A DNA stretch of 56,527 bases from IMG/VR virus record IMGVR_UViG_3300003888_000070, positions 1 to 56,527 of that record, one strand, 5' to 3'. Under the pieces are notes generated by a model that made no database searches, was not told the DNA's origin, and was given only the letters and a program-made list of their open reading frames with translations. Source of the DNA: a virus. Taxonomy: Duplodnaviria; Caudoviricetes. Position numbers and translations under genes: made by a program. Positions 33,962 to 44,509 of this stretch are shown piece by piece (position 1 is the first letter of the stretch; every line of letters starts with the position of its first letter).

Positions 33962-34733
33962 CGTACACCTCCAGGGAACAGGCCTGGACGGCATAGAATG
34001 AATCGGGTCTGGACTCTGCGAAAATCTGAATATTTGGATTTATGAGCTTTCCATCCCAGGAACCTTCAGAAGACGAATAGGAATAGATGCCGTCAATAAA
34101 AAGGCTGGAAGAAGCATTTTTATATAAAATAAGATCGTAGGTGTGCCAAGCTCCATCAAGAAAAGTCAATCCTGATTGTCTTTGGACAGATTGATTCAGT
34201 GCCATCGCCGCGACAAAGCCCATGTCCCCCATTGAATAAAGATTTATATTCGTATTTATATGGGTTGCATCACTTACGGCAAAAACAAATCGTATGGTAT
34301 CTGTATAATTATCCTCAACAAGGCGTTCGCTATGGCTGGGGTTTTTGACAACAACCCGCAAATGGAGTCTGTTTCCGACAAATACTCCGGCTGCATCAAT
34401 CCAAACACTGAATTTACGCGTATACTCTTCATCCGCGTTATAAACGGATTGCGGGCAAAACGCCGGAGCGCCGCGAAATCCCTCCACAACAGCGTAATCC
34501 TGGACAGCGTTTTCAGAGACTCTGAACGACTGCAAATCCTCATCGCGACCATAGCCGACGTAGATGCCGCGCTCGTTTTGGTACCAGCCGGGCCTGGACA
34601 GATGGGGCGGCACATAGACCTCATTGAAGCGATGCGCCCCGGCAGCCGCGACAAAGGCATCTTTTTGACTGATCCCGGCCGCCCCTTTTTTAAGGCAGCC
34701 CAGGGATGTGTAGTTGGCGGCAATCACTGACAT
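33951..34733 (-). CDS. Putative tail/receptor-binding protein (lectin-like C-terminus)
   Basis: DGAWHTYDL...LFIDG resembles the concanavalin/LamG pattern; lower GC than flanks. Confidence 0.55.
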   Translation of the reverse strand: MSVIAANYTSLGCLKKGAAGISQKDAFVAAAGAHRFNEVYVPPHLSRPGWYQNERGIYVGYGRDEDLQSFRVSENAVQDYAVVEGFRGAPAFCPQSVYNADEEYTRKFSVWIDAAGVFVGNRLHLRVVVKNPSHSERLVEDNYTDTIRFVFAVSDATHINTNINLYSMGDMGFVAAMALNQSVQRQSGLTFLDGAWHTYDLILYKNASSSLFIDGIYSYSSSEGSWDGKLINPNIQIFAESRPDSFYAVQACSLEVYDAV

Positions 34734-34744
34734 GGACCCTGCCC

Positions 34745-36595
34745 CTATACGGTGATCGGGGTGTATCCGGCCCCGGCCAATTGCCCGGCTTCATGGTCAT
34801 CGGCCACAAAAACGCCGTCGAACACTTCCATGGTCAAAAGCTGGCACTCGGCGGCCGAAAGTTCTCGGTGATAAAAGCGCAGCAGGCCCAGATCCATCTG
34901 GCAGGCGTATTCCCATTCGGCGGTCTCATCGGATTCAGGACTGTCGGGAGAGGGAGTCTGCGCCCAGTTCATGGCCCCGGCAGCGATTTTCTGTTTGATG
35001 CCGAAGCCGTCTTCATTGGAAAATGACTGCGCCGACTGCCAGGCAGCCTGCACCGCTATGGTCTTGCTGCCCTGCTCCACAAGATACAGTTTGCACAGCC
35101 CTTCCTTTGAACACGTCAGCACCGCATGGTGCCAGGAGCCCAGGGACAAGGGGGCCGACAGTATTGGCGGAGTATCGTAATCGTTTTCAAAGTCCGCGAT
35201 CCGGCCCGCAGCAAGACGCATGGCGCCGTCGTTGAGAAAGCACAGCCCCTGAAAATTGAAACCGATCACGACGCCGTAGGGATTGTTCAATGGGAATGGC
35301 TGCAGCCCGAATCGCATCAGAGCCGTTTCGCCCCCATTGCCAATCGGCTGCTTATGGAGCCAATCCTGCAGGACCAACGTCGTTTTGTCGGCCTCGGCAT
35401 CATAGGATGACGAGAATACCGTGGCATACCGCAACGTCCCGTCATCAAGGCTCCTGGACACCCTGGTTCCGACGCTTTTTTCGTGGCTTCCCTGTACGAC
35501 AAAACGGCAAAACGCCATATATGGCGCGGTATTGTTGAGCGTATCATTGAGCGCCCACACCGCGTCCACGTCACCGGTCAGGGCCTCAAGTCCCCCGGAT
35601 ACGATCTTGTCCCAATACGGAGAGTCCGCATCATAGTCCGTTGCCAGCAACGGCGCTCCCGGGCAGATGCTTTCCAGCTCGACGTAGCCGATCTGCGACT
35701 GCGCGCTGGAAACAAAATCCTGGTTGTACGGATTCCACGGATACGTCAGGCGCACCCAATGGCGAGAGAATCTGGACGGTATGGCGTAGGCCATAAGCGG
35801 AGCGATGCCGCCCGGACATTTGGCATTCCAGGCGACGCCGTCATTGGAAAAGAGCAGGCGGGGCTTGACGACGTTGTTGACCGTGTAGCCATTGCCAAGG
35901 ACGTTCGTCTGGCAGGTCTGGGAGTAATCATACTCCACTGCCGCATGGAGCCGGAAGAGACAGGAAATGGTGAACGGACCATCGACGGGCAGGTTGGCCG
36001 ATCCCAGCTCGAGCCGGTGCCCGCCGTCGGCGTCGTCCAGGCTGCTTCCCATAAATTGCAGGCAGCCGTATCGGCGGGAAATGCTGCCGTCCGGCGACGT
36101 TCCGGGGGCGGGAAGCCCGGCCTGGGCCGGCGTCAGGAAACCGCCCACCACCCCCTCGTTGTAGATTGCGTCGTCTGTAAATGATCCCTTGAGATGCAAC
36201 GGGATCTCGTTTCGCATGTAGGCCTTGGGATTAAAAAAATCGAACCGGGAGGAGCATCCGGGCACATAAAAAAACTGTCCCGTCCGCAACTGCGGGACAA
36301 GCGGCGGGGATTCAACGGCCGGAGCCTGCTGCTTCGACGGACAGGCAATGTGCAGATGATAAAAATTGCTGAGTTTGCGCACCTCGATCACGGTTCCGTC
36401 GTCGTAGCGCCGGACTCTGGCGCACTGCCCAAGCCCCAAGGTGTTTTCCCGGTCCAGACTGGCCTTGAGCTGCAAGGCGGCGCCACGGTACGTCTCGGCC
36501 AGCTGCCTGTCGCCGTGCAGAAACCAGATATCCTGGTCCGCGAAACGGATCAGGTCTGCGCTGTCCGGAAGGTACAGGCTTGCATCGTCGGTCAT
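34745..36595 (-). CDS. Putative tail protein with split LamG-like motifs
   Basis: FTISCLF...WHHAVLT...LYL...LRFYHRELSAAE pattern. Confidence 0.6.
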   Translation of the reverse strand: MTDDASLYLPDSADLIRFADQDIWFLHGDRQLAETYRGAALQLKASLDRENTLGLGQCARVRRYDDGTVIEVRKLSNFYHLHIACPSKQQAPAVESPPLVPQLRTGQFFYVPGCSSRFDFFNPKAYMRNEIPLHLKGSFTDDAIYNEGVVGGFLTPAQAGLPAPGTSPDGSISRRYGCLQFMGSSLDDADGGHRLELGSANLPVDGPFTISCLFRLHAAVEYDYSQTCQTNVLGNGYTVNNVVKPRLLFSNDGVAWNAKCPGGIAPLMAYAIPSRFSRHWVRLTYPWNPYNQDFVSSAQSQIGYVELESICPGAPLLATDYDADSPYWDKIVSGGLEALTGDVDAVWALNDTLNNTAPYMAFCRFVVQGSHEKSVGTRVSRSLDDGTLRYATVFSSSYDAEADKTTLVLQDWLHKQPIGNGGETALMRFGLQPFPLNNPYGVVIGFNFQGLCFLNDGAMRLAAGRIADFENDYDTPPILSAPLSLGSWHHAVLTCSKEGLCKLYLVEQGSKTIAVQAAWQSAQSFSNEDGFGIKQKIAAGAMNWAQTPSPDSPESDETAEWEYACQMDLGLLRFYHRELSAAECQLLTMEVFDGVFVADDHEAGQLAGAGYTPITV

Positions 36596-36621
36596 GGCGT
36601 CGCCTTACGTGCAAGCGCCGG

Positions 36622-37080
36622 CTAGGACGCCGGCGCGGTGACCACCCAGCTGTCGACGGTGGTGGTGGCGTTGAGTGTGATTGTCGTCGTCCCCATTTGC
36701 AGCTGGCCGGAACTGACGCCGCAGACGCCGTCGATACGGGCGGCCGTAGTGCTTGCCCCCGTGGTTCGATCATTGGCGTAATACCGGAACCAGGCAGCCG
36801 TGCCGGCCTGGACCCCGACGCCGGACCAGATCTGCGACGGCAGCTTGACAAGGACGCCGCCTGCCGGCTCATCCAATTGCAGCCCGTTGGCGGGCGACCC
36901 GGGCGTAAACGCCCCGGAGGAAACCGTGATCTCCAGCAGATGGCTGATTCCCTCGGCATCGTCGGCGCTGGTCGGCTGGTTGCCGGGGAAGACTCGGATG
37001 ACGCCGTTGTGCAGGATGTCCTGCACGCTTTGCGAGCCGAGCATGGCATTACGAAAACCGGTGGAGAGACGGATCGGCAT
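36622..37080 (-). CDS. Phage tail/virion protein
   Basis: MPIRLSTGFRNAML, QPTSAD and AGTAAWFR pattern seen in phage structural proteins; AAGGAGG RBS. Confidence 0.7.
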   Translation of the reverse strand: MPIRLSTGFRNAMLGSQSVQDILHNGVIRVFPGNQPTSADDAEGISHLLEITVSSGAFTPGSPANGLQLDEPAGGVLVKLPSQIWSGVGVQAGTAAWFRYYANDRTTGASTTAARIDGVCGVSSGQLQMGTTTITLNATTTVDSWVVTAPAS

Positions 37081-37091
37081 GACAGCCCTCC

Positions 37092-38012
37092 TTATGGATG
37101 CAGGACGACCACGTACCGGCACGTCGTCGGCAGCCAGACAGCCGCCGCCCGTGCCGCCGGCGCGTCGAAGGCCACCTGCGAATGTGTGAGTTTTAAGACT
37201 ATCCCATCCGGCAGGCCGCACAGGATGCCGCGTTGCGACGTCCACAGACATGCGCCGGACGGAGGGGCCTTGGGGGATATTTCATCGGCCCGGACAGCCG
37301 CATCGCCGCCCACGGCCGTGACAGGATCGGCGTCGACCAGCAGCCGCGTCATCCTGGCCGGATCGGAGCCGGCCAGAAAGTACGTGCCCAGGCTGGTGCC
37401 GACGTACAGGCCGTTGTCCACGGGCCGGATCATGGCGATTTCGCCCGGCATTTCGATGGAGCCGGCCGCATCTTCGTAAAAGTGCCAGCGGCCCGGGCCG
37501 GCCGTGAAGCACAGGGCATGGCCGTCGGCAATCCACACCCGGCCGGCGAACCCGGCCAGGACCATGCCCGGCGGCGGGGAGACAAACCGGCCGGCTTCGG
37601 ACGCAACAGGATAGGCCTTGCCGCCCCAGGCCGCCGCCTCGTCGGACTGGACCATTCCGGCCTCGATGCCGTTGGACCAGAAGACCAGCTCGGCCAGAGC
37701 CGTAAAAACCACCGGTCCGGGCGTCTGCAAGGCGACCAGCTCCCGCCGGGAAAGATCGGCCCGCACCTGACACAGCACGTCGTCAACCACGGCATAGGCC
37801 GTTCCGTCCGGGGCGTTCCAGCCGTCGCGCCAATGGCCGCCGGCCGCCCGCGTGCGCCCCGGCCGACGCCGCGCCCGCCGTCCGCCGTCCAGGATGTCCA
37901 CGTCCATGGCCACGGCCAGTTCGCACGATCCGGTGCGCGGATCGTAGCGCAACGCCTCCGGCGAGCTGACCGTGTTGAGGCCGCGCCAGCCCCGAAAAAC
38001 AAAACGCCTCAT
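37092..38012 (-). CDS. Putative tail nozzle/stabilisation protein
   Basis: FRGWRGLN N-terminus, beta-rich; follows the adaptor gene. Confidence 0.6.
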   Translation of the reverse strand: MRRFVFRGWRGLNTVSSPEALRYDPRTGSCELAVAMDVDILDGGRRARRRPGRTRAAGGHWRDGWNAPDGTAYAVVDDVLCQVRADLSRRELVALQTPGPVVFTALAELVFWSNGIEAGMVQSDEAAAWGGKAYPVASEAGRFVSPPPGMVLAGFAGRVWIADGHALCFTAGPGRWHFYEDAAGSIEMPGEIAMIRPVDNGLYVGTSLGTYFLAGSDPARMTRLLVDADPVTAVGGDAAVRADEISPKAPPSGACLWTSQRGILCGLPDGIVLKLTHSQVAFDAPAARAAAVWLPTTCRYVVVLHP

Positions 38013-38860
38013 GCCAGCGTCCTGGCGCGCAGTTCTTGCGGACCGGCCGTGCGCGCCCGATAGCCCGTGGCGTTGATGTCGCGCTTGAGCTGCCGGATGG
38101 CCTCGGCGGCCAGGGCCATGTAGCGGTCGGTGTTTTTCTTGCCCTCGAAGGCGTCTTCCTTGGAGTCAAACGCCCTGGCCAGGATGCCGTTGACCAGCAC
38201 ATCCCGATGCAGATGCTCCGGGACGCCCTCAATAGCCGTGGCCGCTATGTTGACCGCCACGGCCGCCTCATCGGTCAGTGGTTCGGCCACCCGGCAGGAG
38301 GAGCCCGCAGCCGCCTCAACGGTATACTCGCCGTCGTTGGACTGACTGTCCGAGATGACGAACAGATCCCCAAAGTGGAACCGGGCGAACAGCGGACTAT
38401 CCGCCGTCAGGGAACCCGAGGCGGAAAAGGCCACCTTGCCGGCCCCCTGCTCCAACGTGCGCGGCAACCGGTAGTAGCCCAGAGTGATGGGTGCAGCGGC
38501 GTCCGGCGCAGGCCAGACCCGTAGCCGGGTTGTTCCCACGGCCGCCACGTACCGGATCTCGCCGGCCGGGAAATGGGCCGCGTCCAACTGCGCCATGTCA
38601 AACCGCGAAGTCACGACGGCCAGCGGCCGGCCGTCGCTGTTTGCGGTGCTGAACAACTCGCGCTGGAAGTCGCCGGGCAGGGCCACGGTCGAAGCCCCGG
38701 CCGGCACGACGACGACTGCGGCGGCCTCCAGGTCGGGCAGAAACACCCGGGAGGCCGCCGTGCGCAACGCCTCGTTGGCATAGCAGTTCAGCTCGTCGTC
38801 GCCGACGGACGTATCCAGGAGCGGCCGCCGGGCTTCATTGCGCAGGTCAGGGAGCTTCAA
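38009..38860 (-). CDS. Putative head-tail adaptor protein
   Basis: ELNCYANEA, LPGDF, LRVWPAPD and YYRLP motifs; TTG start inferred. Confidence 0.65.
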   Translation of the reverse strand: MKLPDLRNEARRPLLDTSVGDDELNCYANEALRTAASRVFLPDLEAAAVVVVPAGASTVALPGDFQRELFSTANSDGRPLAVVTSRFDMAQLDAAHFPAGEIRYVAAVGTTRLRVWPAPDAAAPITLGYYRLPRTLEQGAGKVAFSASGSLTADSPLFARFHFGDLFVISDSQSNDGEYTVEAAAGSSCRVAEPLTDEAAVAVNIAATAIEGVPEHLHRDVLVNGILARAFDSKEDAFEGKKNTDRYMALAAEAIRQLKRDINATGYRARTAGPQELRARTLA

Positions 38861-39233
38861 AGCCCGCCTCCGCCTCACTTCCCGGCGCGGTCTCGGTTTC
38901 CGGCGAAGTGTCGAAGAAACCGACCGGCACCTGGACCTCGCCATGGACGACATACGAGAAGCGCCGCACACCCTTGACCGCCACAACCCGCCCCTCGGAC
39001 GGCACCCGGTAGCCGCGCACAGCGGCGTTCTCCAGCACCTCAAGCTGGTCCTTGGTCAGATAGACCGGTTCATTGCGTTTGACCTGGGTGATCCGGCCAT
39101 TGATGGTCAGGGACACGTCGCAGTCGCCCCCGGGTACCGGGTCGGCATTAATGGTCACCCGCCACCGGGATTCGGTCCTGGGCGCGGAAGCCGCTTCCGC
39201 CATAGTTGTTTCCGTAGTGTCTGCTTTAGCCAC
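38847..39233 (-). CDS. Hypothetical virion-region protein
   Basis: AAGGAGG RBS; packed in the capsid operon. Confidence 0.6.
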   Translation of the reverse strand: MAKADTTETTMAEAASAPRTESRWRVTINADPVPGGDCDVSLTINGRITQVKRNEPVYLTKDQLEVLENAAVRGYRVPSEGRVVAVKGVRRFSYVVHGEVQVPVGFFDTSPETETAPGSEAEAGFEAP

Positions 39234-39243
39234 AGCGGCCTCC

Positions 39244-39717
39244 TTACAGAGCCTCGCCCGGCACGACGCCGGACAGGCCGGAATAGGTGACGGTCAGGCC
39301 GGCGGCGTCCAGAGCGGTGGCGCCAGCCGTAAAGGCCGAAGCCGAACCATTGGAAACCTTCACCGCGCCGAACAGGCAGGCGCCGGCGGCCGGCTCGGGA
39401 ATCCTGGTCACGCCGTCGGCATCCGGCGACGCAACCACGACGGCGACCGTGCCGGCCGCGTTGATGGCCAGAAAGGCGGTCCTGGCAGCCCCGGCGGGCA
39501 CAACGCCCAGGCCGGCCAGGGACAATGCGGCGATAGCCGCCTTGGCGTAGATTTTACCGCTGAGCCGATAGGAAAAGGCGGCAGCCTGCGCATCGGCGTT
39601 GCCGGCCGCCTTGATGGCCAGCCCGGGCGCGCTGGTTGCGCCGGAGCGGAGATAGTCCAGGACGGTTTGCTGCCCGGCGTCGGGAAAACCGTCTTCCATT
39701 CCGCGAAAAGTGCTCAT
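39244..39717 (-). CDS. Putative capsid decoration protein
   Basis: Ala/Gly-rich 157 aa directly after the capsid gene; AAGGAG RBS. Confidence 0.6.
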   Translation of the reverse strand: MSTFRGMEDGFPDAGQQTVLDYLRSGATSAPGLAIKAAGNADAQAAAFSYRLSGKIYAKAAIAALSLAGLGVVPAGAARTAFLAINAAGTVAVVVASPDADGVTRIPEPAAGACLFGAVKVSNGSASAFTAGATALDAAGLTVTYSGLSGVVPGEAL

Positions 39718-39745
39718 GGTTGCTCCTTGGAATGATCGGAAGTCG

Positions 39746-40771
39746 TTATTCGGAAACGGCCGATTCGACCCGGACAAACCAGAGGTCCTGCAACAGGCCG
39801 CCGGCAGCCCAGGTTTTGTAGCCAACGGAACCGCGCTGCCCCAACGGATCGCCGCCACGCGGCACATTGGGCTGCAGCACCTTCATTTCCACGGGCACCA
39901 CCATATTGCCCTTGGCATCGGCGTTCTTCATTTTGTAGCCCTTGAGGGGCACGTCGGCGAAGCTGTCGCGGCCGAAGATGAACATCGGGAACACGTCGCA
40001 TTTGGTGCCGCTCGTGGACATAAGGCCCGCGGAAACGGCGCCGCCGGCATCGGCAAAGGGCAGCATCAGGTCTTCCTCGATAAACCGGATGGACCCCAAT
40101 GCGCCGATCTCGTTGTCCCAGGGCGAGATGGAGCCGTAATCCTCGGGATGCTTGAAGCCCACGAGGTCTTCCAGGTCTTTGGTCTGGTAGGGATGGCAGA
40201 CGCCGATGAAGGCCGGTTTGATGTTGACCGTGCCGTAGGCATTGGTGGACCGCAGCATTTGCGTGATGCGGCCGGCCCGGTTGACCTTGAGGCTGGCTTC
40301 GATGCGCCGCAGCAGATCCCTGGTGACTTTCCCATTCACCGTCGAACGGGAGGTCACGCCGCCGGCATAAAAAACGTTCGTGCCGGCCAGCAGGTTGGCA
40401 ATCCGGATGTTCTCGATCATCTCGCCGGCCTGCTCGCCGAGCAGCCCCGAAAACTCCTTGAGCACGGGGTCTTCGTGGGTATCTTCCACCACATCGGTCA
40501 AAGACAGGTAGTTGCCGTACTGTTGGAGTTGAAAGAACACGTCGGTCACCTTCGCGCCGTCCGCCTTGGGGGTCACGCCTTCGATCAACGGCTTGGGCGC
40601 GGCCGAAAGCGGCTCGTAGCGACGGGCCTTGAGGGTCTGGCTCTTGTTCTTGGGCATGGGAATGGTCTGGGCAAAATTGCCCAGCATCATTTTGGGCTTC
40701 GCCCGCTCCAGGAATGTTCCGGCCAGACAAATGCCGGTTTCTTCCGAGACATCGCCATAATGCGTCAGCAT
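39746..40771 (-). CDS. Major capsid protein, N4-gp56 family
   Basis: MPKNKSQTL.ARRY, LIEGVTP, QYG, EIG, DPLGQRGSVGYK motifs. Confidence 0.92.
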   Translation of the reverse strand: MLTHYGDVSEETGICLAGTFLERAKPKMMLGNFAQTIPMPKNKSQTLKARRYEPLSAAPKPLIEGVTPKADGAKVTDVFFQLQQYGNYLSLTDVVEDTHEDPVLKEFSGLLGEQAGEMIENIRIANLLAGTNVFYAGGVTSRSTVNGKVTRDLLRRIEASLKVNRAGRITQMLRSTNAYGTVNIKPAFIGVCHPYQTKDLEDLVGFKHPEDYGSISPWDNEIGALGSIRFIEEDLMLPFADAGGAVSAGLMSTSGTKCDVFPMFIFGRDSFADVPLKGYKMKNADAKGNMVVPVEMKVLQPNVPRGGDPLGQRGSVGYKTWAAGGLLQDLWFVRVESAVSE

Positions 40772-40780
40772 AGGAACCTC

Positions 40781-41839
40781 TTATGCCTCCGTGTACGTCT
40801 TCTCGAAGGCCGCTTCCGCCTTGTCCCGGGGCGTTGTGTCGCCGCGAGGCTGGGCGCCGCGCCGGTTGTCCACGCCTGCGGCTTCGGCCGCCCGGCGCTT
40901 GGTCGCGGGATCGAGTTCGGCGTTTCGGGGCTTTTTGTTGGTCGATTGCTTGTATTCGGCGAGCAGTTCGTTGACCTGGCCGGCGCTTCCCTGGCGCAGC
41001 ACTTCGAGGCGGGGTGTGGCCTCCTTGAAGGGAAGGGTCTCGATCCAGGCGGTCACACCGGCCAGGAAAGCATCGGCCGCCTTCGCCTCTTCGGCGTTTC
41101 TGGTGGCGTACCCGCGCACTTCAGGATGCTCGGCCCCAATGCGCTCCAGGTGTTCCTGGCGCGTCCGCGCTTCGGTGCGCGCGTCCACAGCCTGAAACCC
41201 CTGGGATACCAGGGCCTGCAGCCGCATGTTCTCGGCCATGATCCCTGCGATGTCCGCACCGGAATCCCGCAGCACGCGCCGCAGCCGGTCGCCCTGGGGG
41301 CCGGCCGTGCGCAGCAACGGCGACAATTCGGGGAACTGCTGGTCGAACTCTTCCACATCGTGTTTGAGATCCTCAGGGATCTCCACCGACGCCGGCTTGT
41401 CCGATGCGGCCGTGTCGCCGCCGGCAGCCTTGGAATCGGGCCGGCCGGCCCTGGCTGCCTCCAGTTCGTCCTGGAGCCGTTGGTTCTCGGTCTCGATGCG
41501 TTCCTTCTCGGCCTTGGCGGCGGCCAAACGGCCTGCGGTCGTTCTGGCGTGCCCCCGCAGCTGCGCAGGATCGGCCAGGGCAGGATCGTCGTCCGCGTCG
41601 GCATCAGGTTCCTGCCCGGGATCATCGTCGCCGTCCGGATCGTCGCCGCCATCCGGATCGTCGCCGCCATCCGGTTCGCCGGCCGCAAGGACCTTCGTGC
41701 CAGCGGCATTGTCCTGGTCTTGCGGCTGCACAATCGGGGCGTCGCCGTCCACGTCGCCGCCTGCATCCCCGTACACGCTGTCAAAGGCTTTCTCTTCAAC
41801 CGCGCTGTCGCTTTGCTCACCCATGTCTGCCTCCATCAT
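40781..41839 (-). CDS. Putative scaffolding protein
   Basis: Acidic N-terminus plus coiled coil, directly upstream of the capsid gene. Confidence 0.7.
   Translation of the reverse strand: MMEADMGEQSDSAVEEKAFDSVYGDAGGDVDGDAPIVQPQDQDNAAGTKVLAAGEPDGGDDPDGGDDPDGDDDPGQEPDADADDDPALADPAQLRGHARTTAGRLAAAKAEKERIETENQRLQDELEAARAGRPDSKAAGGDTAASDKPASVEIPEDLKHDVEEFDQQFPELSPLLRTAGPQGDRLRRVLRDSGADIAGIMAENMRLQALVSQGFQAVDARTEARTRQEHLERIGAEHPEVRGYATRNAEEAKAADAFLAGVTAWIETLPFKEATPRLEVLRQGSAGQVNELLAEYKQSTNKKPRNAELDPATKRRAAEAAGVDNRRGAQPRGDTTPRDKAEAAFEKTYTEA
41620..41674. repeat. 18-bp tandem repeat (PDGxDD x3) in the scaffold gene
   Basis: CCGGATCGTCGCCGCCAT-type unit repeated. Confidence 0.6.
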
Positions 41840-41892
41840 TCCAGGTGCCGTTGACCGGGCCTGGACTTTCGGGCCTCTTGCGAGGTGCCGTA

Positions 41893-42138
41893 TTATTCGC
41901 TCCGGACTGGCCGGTTGGCGGCATCGTCCCTGGGACTGCCGATCATGGCCTTGCGAAGCTGCCTGAGCTGGTAAATCCGCCCTTGCAGCTGCTTCACATC
42001 AGCTTCGACGGCAGTCTCCAGTCTGCTGCGCAGACGCTCCAGGTCGATCTCGACCAGGTCCATGACCGCCTGCCAGCACGGATCAAACCGGCTGTTGGCG
42101 ATCCTGGCCGCACATTCTGTCCGGGTATCAATCGCCAT
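41893..42138 (-). CDS. Small head-region protein
   Basis: Helical ...KQLQGRI... protein between portal and scaffold. Confidence 0.55.
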   Translation of the reverse strand: MAIDTRTECAARIANSRFDPCWQAVMDLVEIDLERLRSRLETAVEADVKQLQGRIYQLRQLRKAMIGSPRDDAANRPVRSE

Positions 42139-42466
42139 GGCCGTAGACCTTCTGAAACGCAGCCGCTGCCTTGTCGTCTTCGGTCTGCAGATCCATGGCT
42201 TCGATCTGCAAGGCCACGCGCCCTTCAGAACCGCCTTCCTCTTCTTCAATGCCGATGCGGTTGACCTTGGCCTTGCAGAGCAGGAACACGTACCCGCCGG
42301 CTGTAAAATCGCCGACTTTTCGACCGAGTTTTTTCAGCGACGTATCGTCGAGATAGACCGACAGCCCCCAGGGAAACTGCCGTTTTTCATCCACTGCGGC
42401 AGGCGCAAGGCCGGACTCGTGTTTCCGTTCGGCTTTGGTCAATTCCATGCTGGCGAGTTTCTTCAC
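42128..42466 (-). CDS. Capsid staple-like protein
   Basis: FPWGLSVYLDDTSLKKLG...LQI pattern; follows the portal gene. Confidence 0.6.
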   Translation of the reverse strand: MKKLASMELTKAERKHESGLAPAAVDEKRQFPWGLSVYLDDTSLKKLGRKVGDFTAGGYVFLLCKAKVNRIGIEEEEGGSEGRVALQIEAMDLQTEDDKAAAAFQKVYGHGD

Positions 42467-44508
42467 GCCGCCCTCCCAGGTTCCCCTTCCGATCCCGCCG
42501 GCAGGGCTTGAGCCATCCGGCCCGGATCGGGCATCCCGGCGACCGGGGCCGGCTGCCCGGGACCGGCCGCGCCCTGGCCGCCGGCCGCCTGTTCAAGCAC
42601 CCGGGCCAGGAGTTGCTGCAACGAGACATCCGGCGCGATGCCGCGCGAGTGCATTTCGTTAAGCAGCGTTTCCAGCTGCGACTGCTGCTCGGCCTGGACC
42701 TGCATGACCATCTGGCGTTGCTGGTTCTGCCGGATGGTGGCCTCGTCGTTGACGAGTTTGGGCGGCACCTGCATGGAGACGGCAATTTCCTTGAGCAGTT
42801 CCGTGAAGTTGATCATGCCGGCCAGCTCCGGCTGGGAGGCCAGGGACAGGAACTGCATGAGCCGTTGCGACTGGACTTCCTTCTGCATGAGCGCCGTGGA
42901 GCCGGTGGCCACCACGTTGAAGTCGCCCTTGATGTCGCTGCGGGGATTGAAGTCCATGTTCCAGAAATAGAGGGCGGTGATGAACTGGCTGGTCACGTCG
43001 TCGTCGAAGGTTTTGACCATCTCGGCGAGATTGATGCTCATGGCCCCCATCAGCATGGACAGGCCGCCAAGCGTTTTGGCCGCGTCGGATACATTGCCGT
43101 CGCCATGCACCCAGCGCGGCACGGTCAGCACGTCCTGGACGTCCTCAAAATGCTTGGCCATGGCCAGGAACTCGCTGGTATGGCTCTGGGCCTGCCAGAA
43201 TATGAGCGCTTCCCGCATGTCCTTGCCGTCATCGAACTTGAGAATCCGGCGTGCATAGAGGTCGTCAGGGTCTTCGCCCTGGCGCAGCGCCTCGGCGTTG
43301 ACGCCGACAATCGGACCCGAGGTCAGGGCCGCATTGTCCATCATGCTGCGGATGGTGGCGTTGTAGGCCCGGTGGGGATCGCGCATGATGCGCGGAATGC
43401 CCTGGCCGCAAAGCCCGGACTCGTCTTTTTCGATGGAAAAAATCTGGAAGGGAAATTCGACGCCGCGCATGGGCGTGCGCACGGCCTTGATAATCTGGTC
43501 GCCCAGCAGCCAGACATTGCAGAAGTAGTCTTCCTCGACCGGGTCGCCGCCCAGATCCACGCCGCAGGCGACCAGTTCATCGCCGCGCAGCCAACCCCAT
43601 CGTTCCAAAACCCGGAAACGATTTTTCAGCTGCCGCTCATTGTTCTTGTCGCCAAGGCGGCGCAGTTCCGCCTCATAGCTCCGCTCCTGGGCATCGCCGT
43701 CCTTGTTTTTGGCGAGGTAGGCCCGAATGACGTCCCCGAAGAATCCACTGCGCTTGGCCAGATCCAGCACATCGCCGTAGACCATGAGGTACTCTTCCCA
43801 GACGCGCCGGGCGCCCTTGAGTCCCTTGGCCGTCATGTCCCAGAAGAAGTTCCACACAGAGACGGACCGGAAATACGGCCGCAGCCCGACCGGCGACTGG
43901 TCGATCACCCAGGACTCTTTCTCGACGGTCTGCCCGCTTTCATTGGTCGCGATAATGCGCTTGGACGTCCACCGCTTGCGCGTCCGCTCATCCACAAGCG
44001 GCCCCTTGTGGACGCCCATGCCGTACAGGACCGCCGACCGGACCACTTCACGAATGGTCGCGCGGTAGCCGACGCGATCCGGGCTTTCCGCCAGCTGGTC
44101 GGCCACCACCCGGGACATGGCGGCGGACCGTTTGGCGGCCTCTTCCGTCAAAACCTGCCGGGCGGCGTCTTCGCCATCGGAAACGCGGACAGTATCGACG
44201 TAGGCCATAAACGTTGCGTCAAGCGTCGGCTCAGGCGTGGGCTGCAAATCCCAGTTCCGGTCCCCGGCCCGGGGAAAGAGAATATCCATCAGCCGGGCCA
44301 CGACGGTATCCGTCTTGACCTTGGCCTGGCGCATGAACAATTTGCTCCGGCCCTTCTTAATCCCCGCCTCGACTTCGGGATCGTAGATGCCCATGTAGAG
44401 GCGGTAGTCTTCCAACCACCGCAGCTCCAAAGGCTCCCGGTCGCGCTTGTCTTCCTCGAACTGCGACGACAGTTCCTTGGCCAGGGCCGGCAGGCGTTCG
44501 TCAGCCAC
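42463..44508 (-). CDS. Portal protein
   Basis: About 680 aa; RSKLFM..K, YGMGV.KGP, G.GIP, MDNAAL motifs; GTG start at 44508 inferred. Confidence 0.85.
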   Translation of the reverse strand: MADERLPALAKELSSQFEEDKRDREPLELRWLEDYRLYMGIYDPEVEAGIKKGRSKLFMRQAKVKTDTVVARLMDILFPRAGDRNWDLQPTPEPTLDATFMAYVDTVRVSDGEDAARQVLTEEAAKRSAAMSRVVADQLAESPDRVGYRATIREVVRSAVLYGMGVHKGPLVDERTRKRWTSKRIIATNESGQTVEKESWVIDQSPVGLRPYFRSVSVWNFFWDMTAKGLKGARRVWEEYLMVYGDVLDLAKRSGFFGDVIRAYLAKNKDGDAQERSYEAELRRLGDKNNERQLKNRFRVLERWGWLRGDELVACGVDLGGDPVEEDYFCNVWLLGDQIIKAVRTPMRGVEFPFQIFSIEKDESGLCGQGIPRIMRDPHRAYNATIRSMMDNAALTSGPIVGVNAEALRQGEDPDDLYARRILKFDDGKDMREALIFWQAQSHTSEFLAMAKHFEDVQDVLTVPRWVHGDGNVSDAAKTLGGLSMLMGAMSINLAEMVKTFDDDVTSQFITALYFWNMDFNPRSDIKGDFNVVATGSTALMQKEVQSQRLMQFLSLASQPELAGMINFTELLKEIAVSMQVPPKLVNDEATIRQNQQRQMVMQVQAEQQSQLETLLNEMHSRGIAPDVSLQQLLARVLEQAAGGQGAAGPGQPAPVAGMPDPGRMAQALPAGSEGEPGRAA

Positions 44509-44509
44509 G

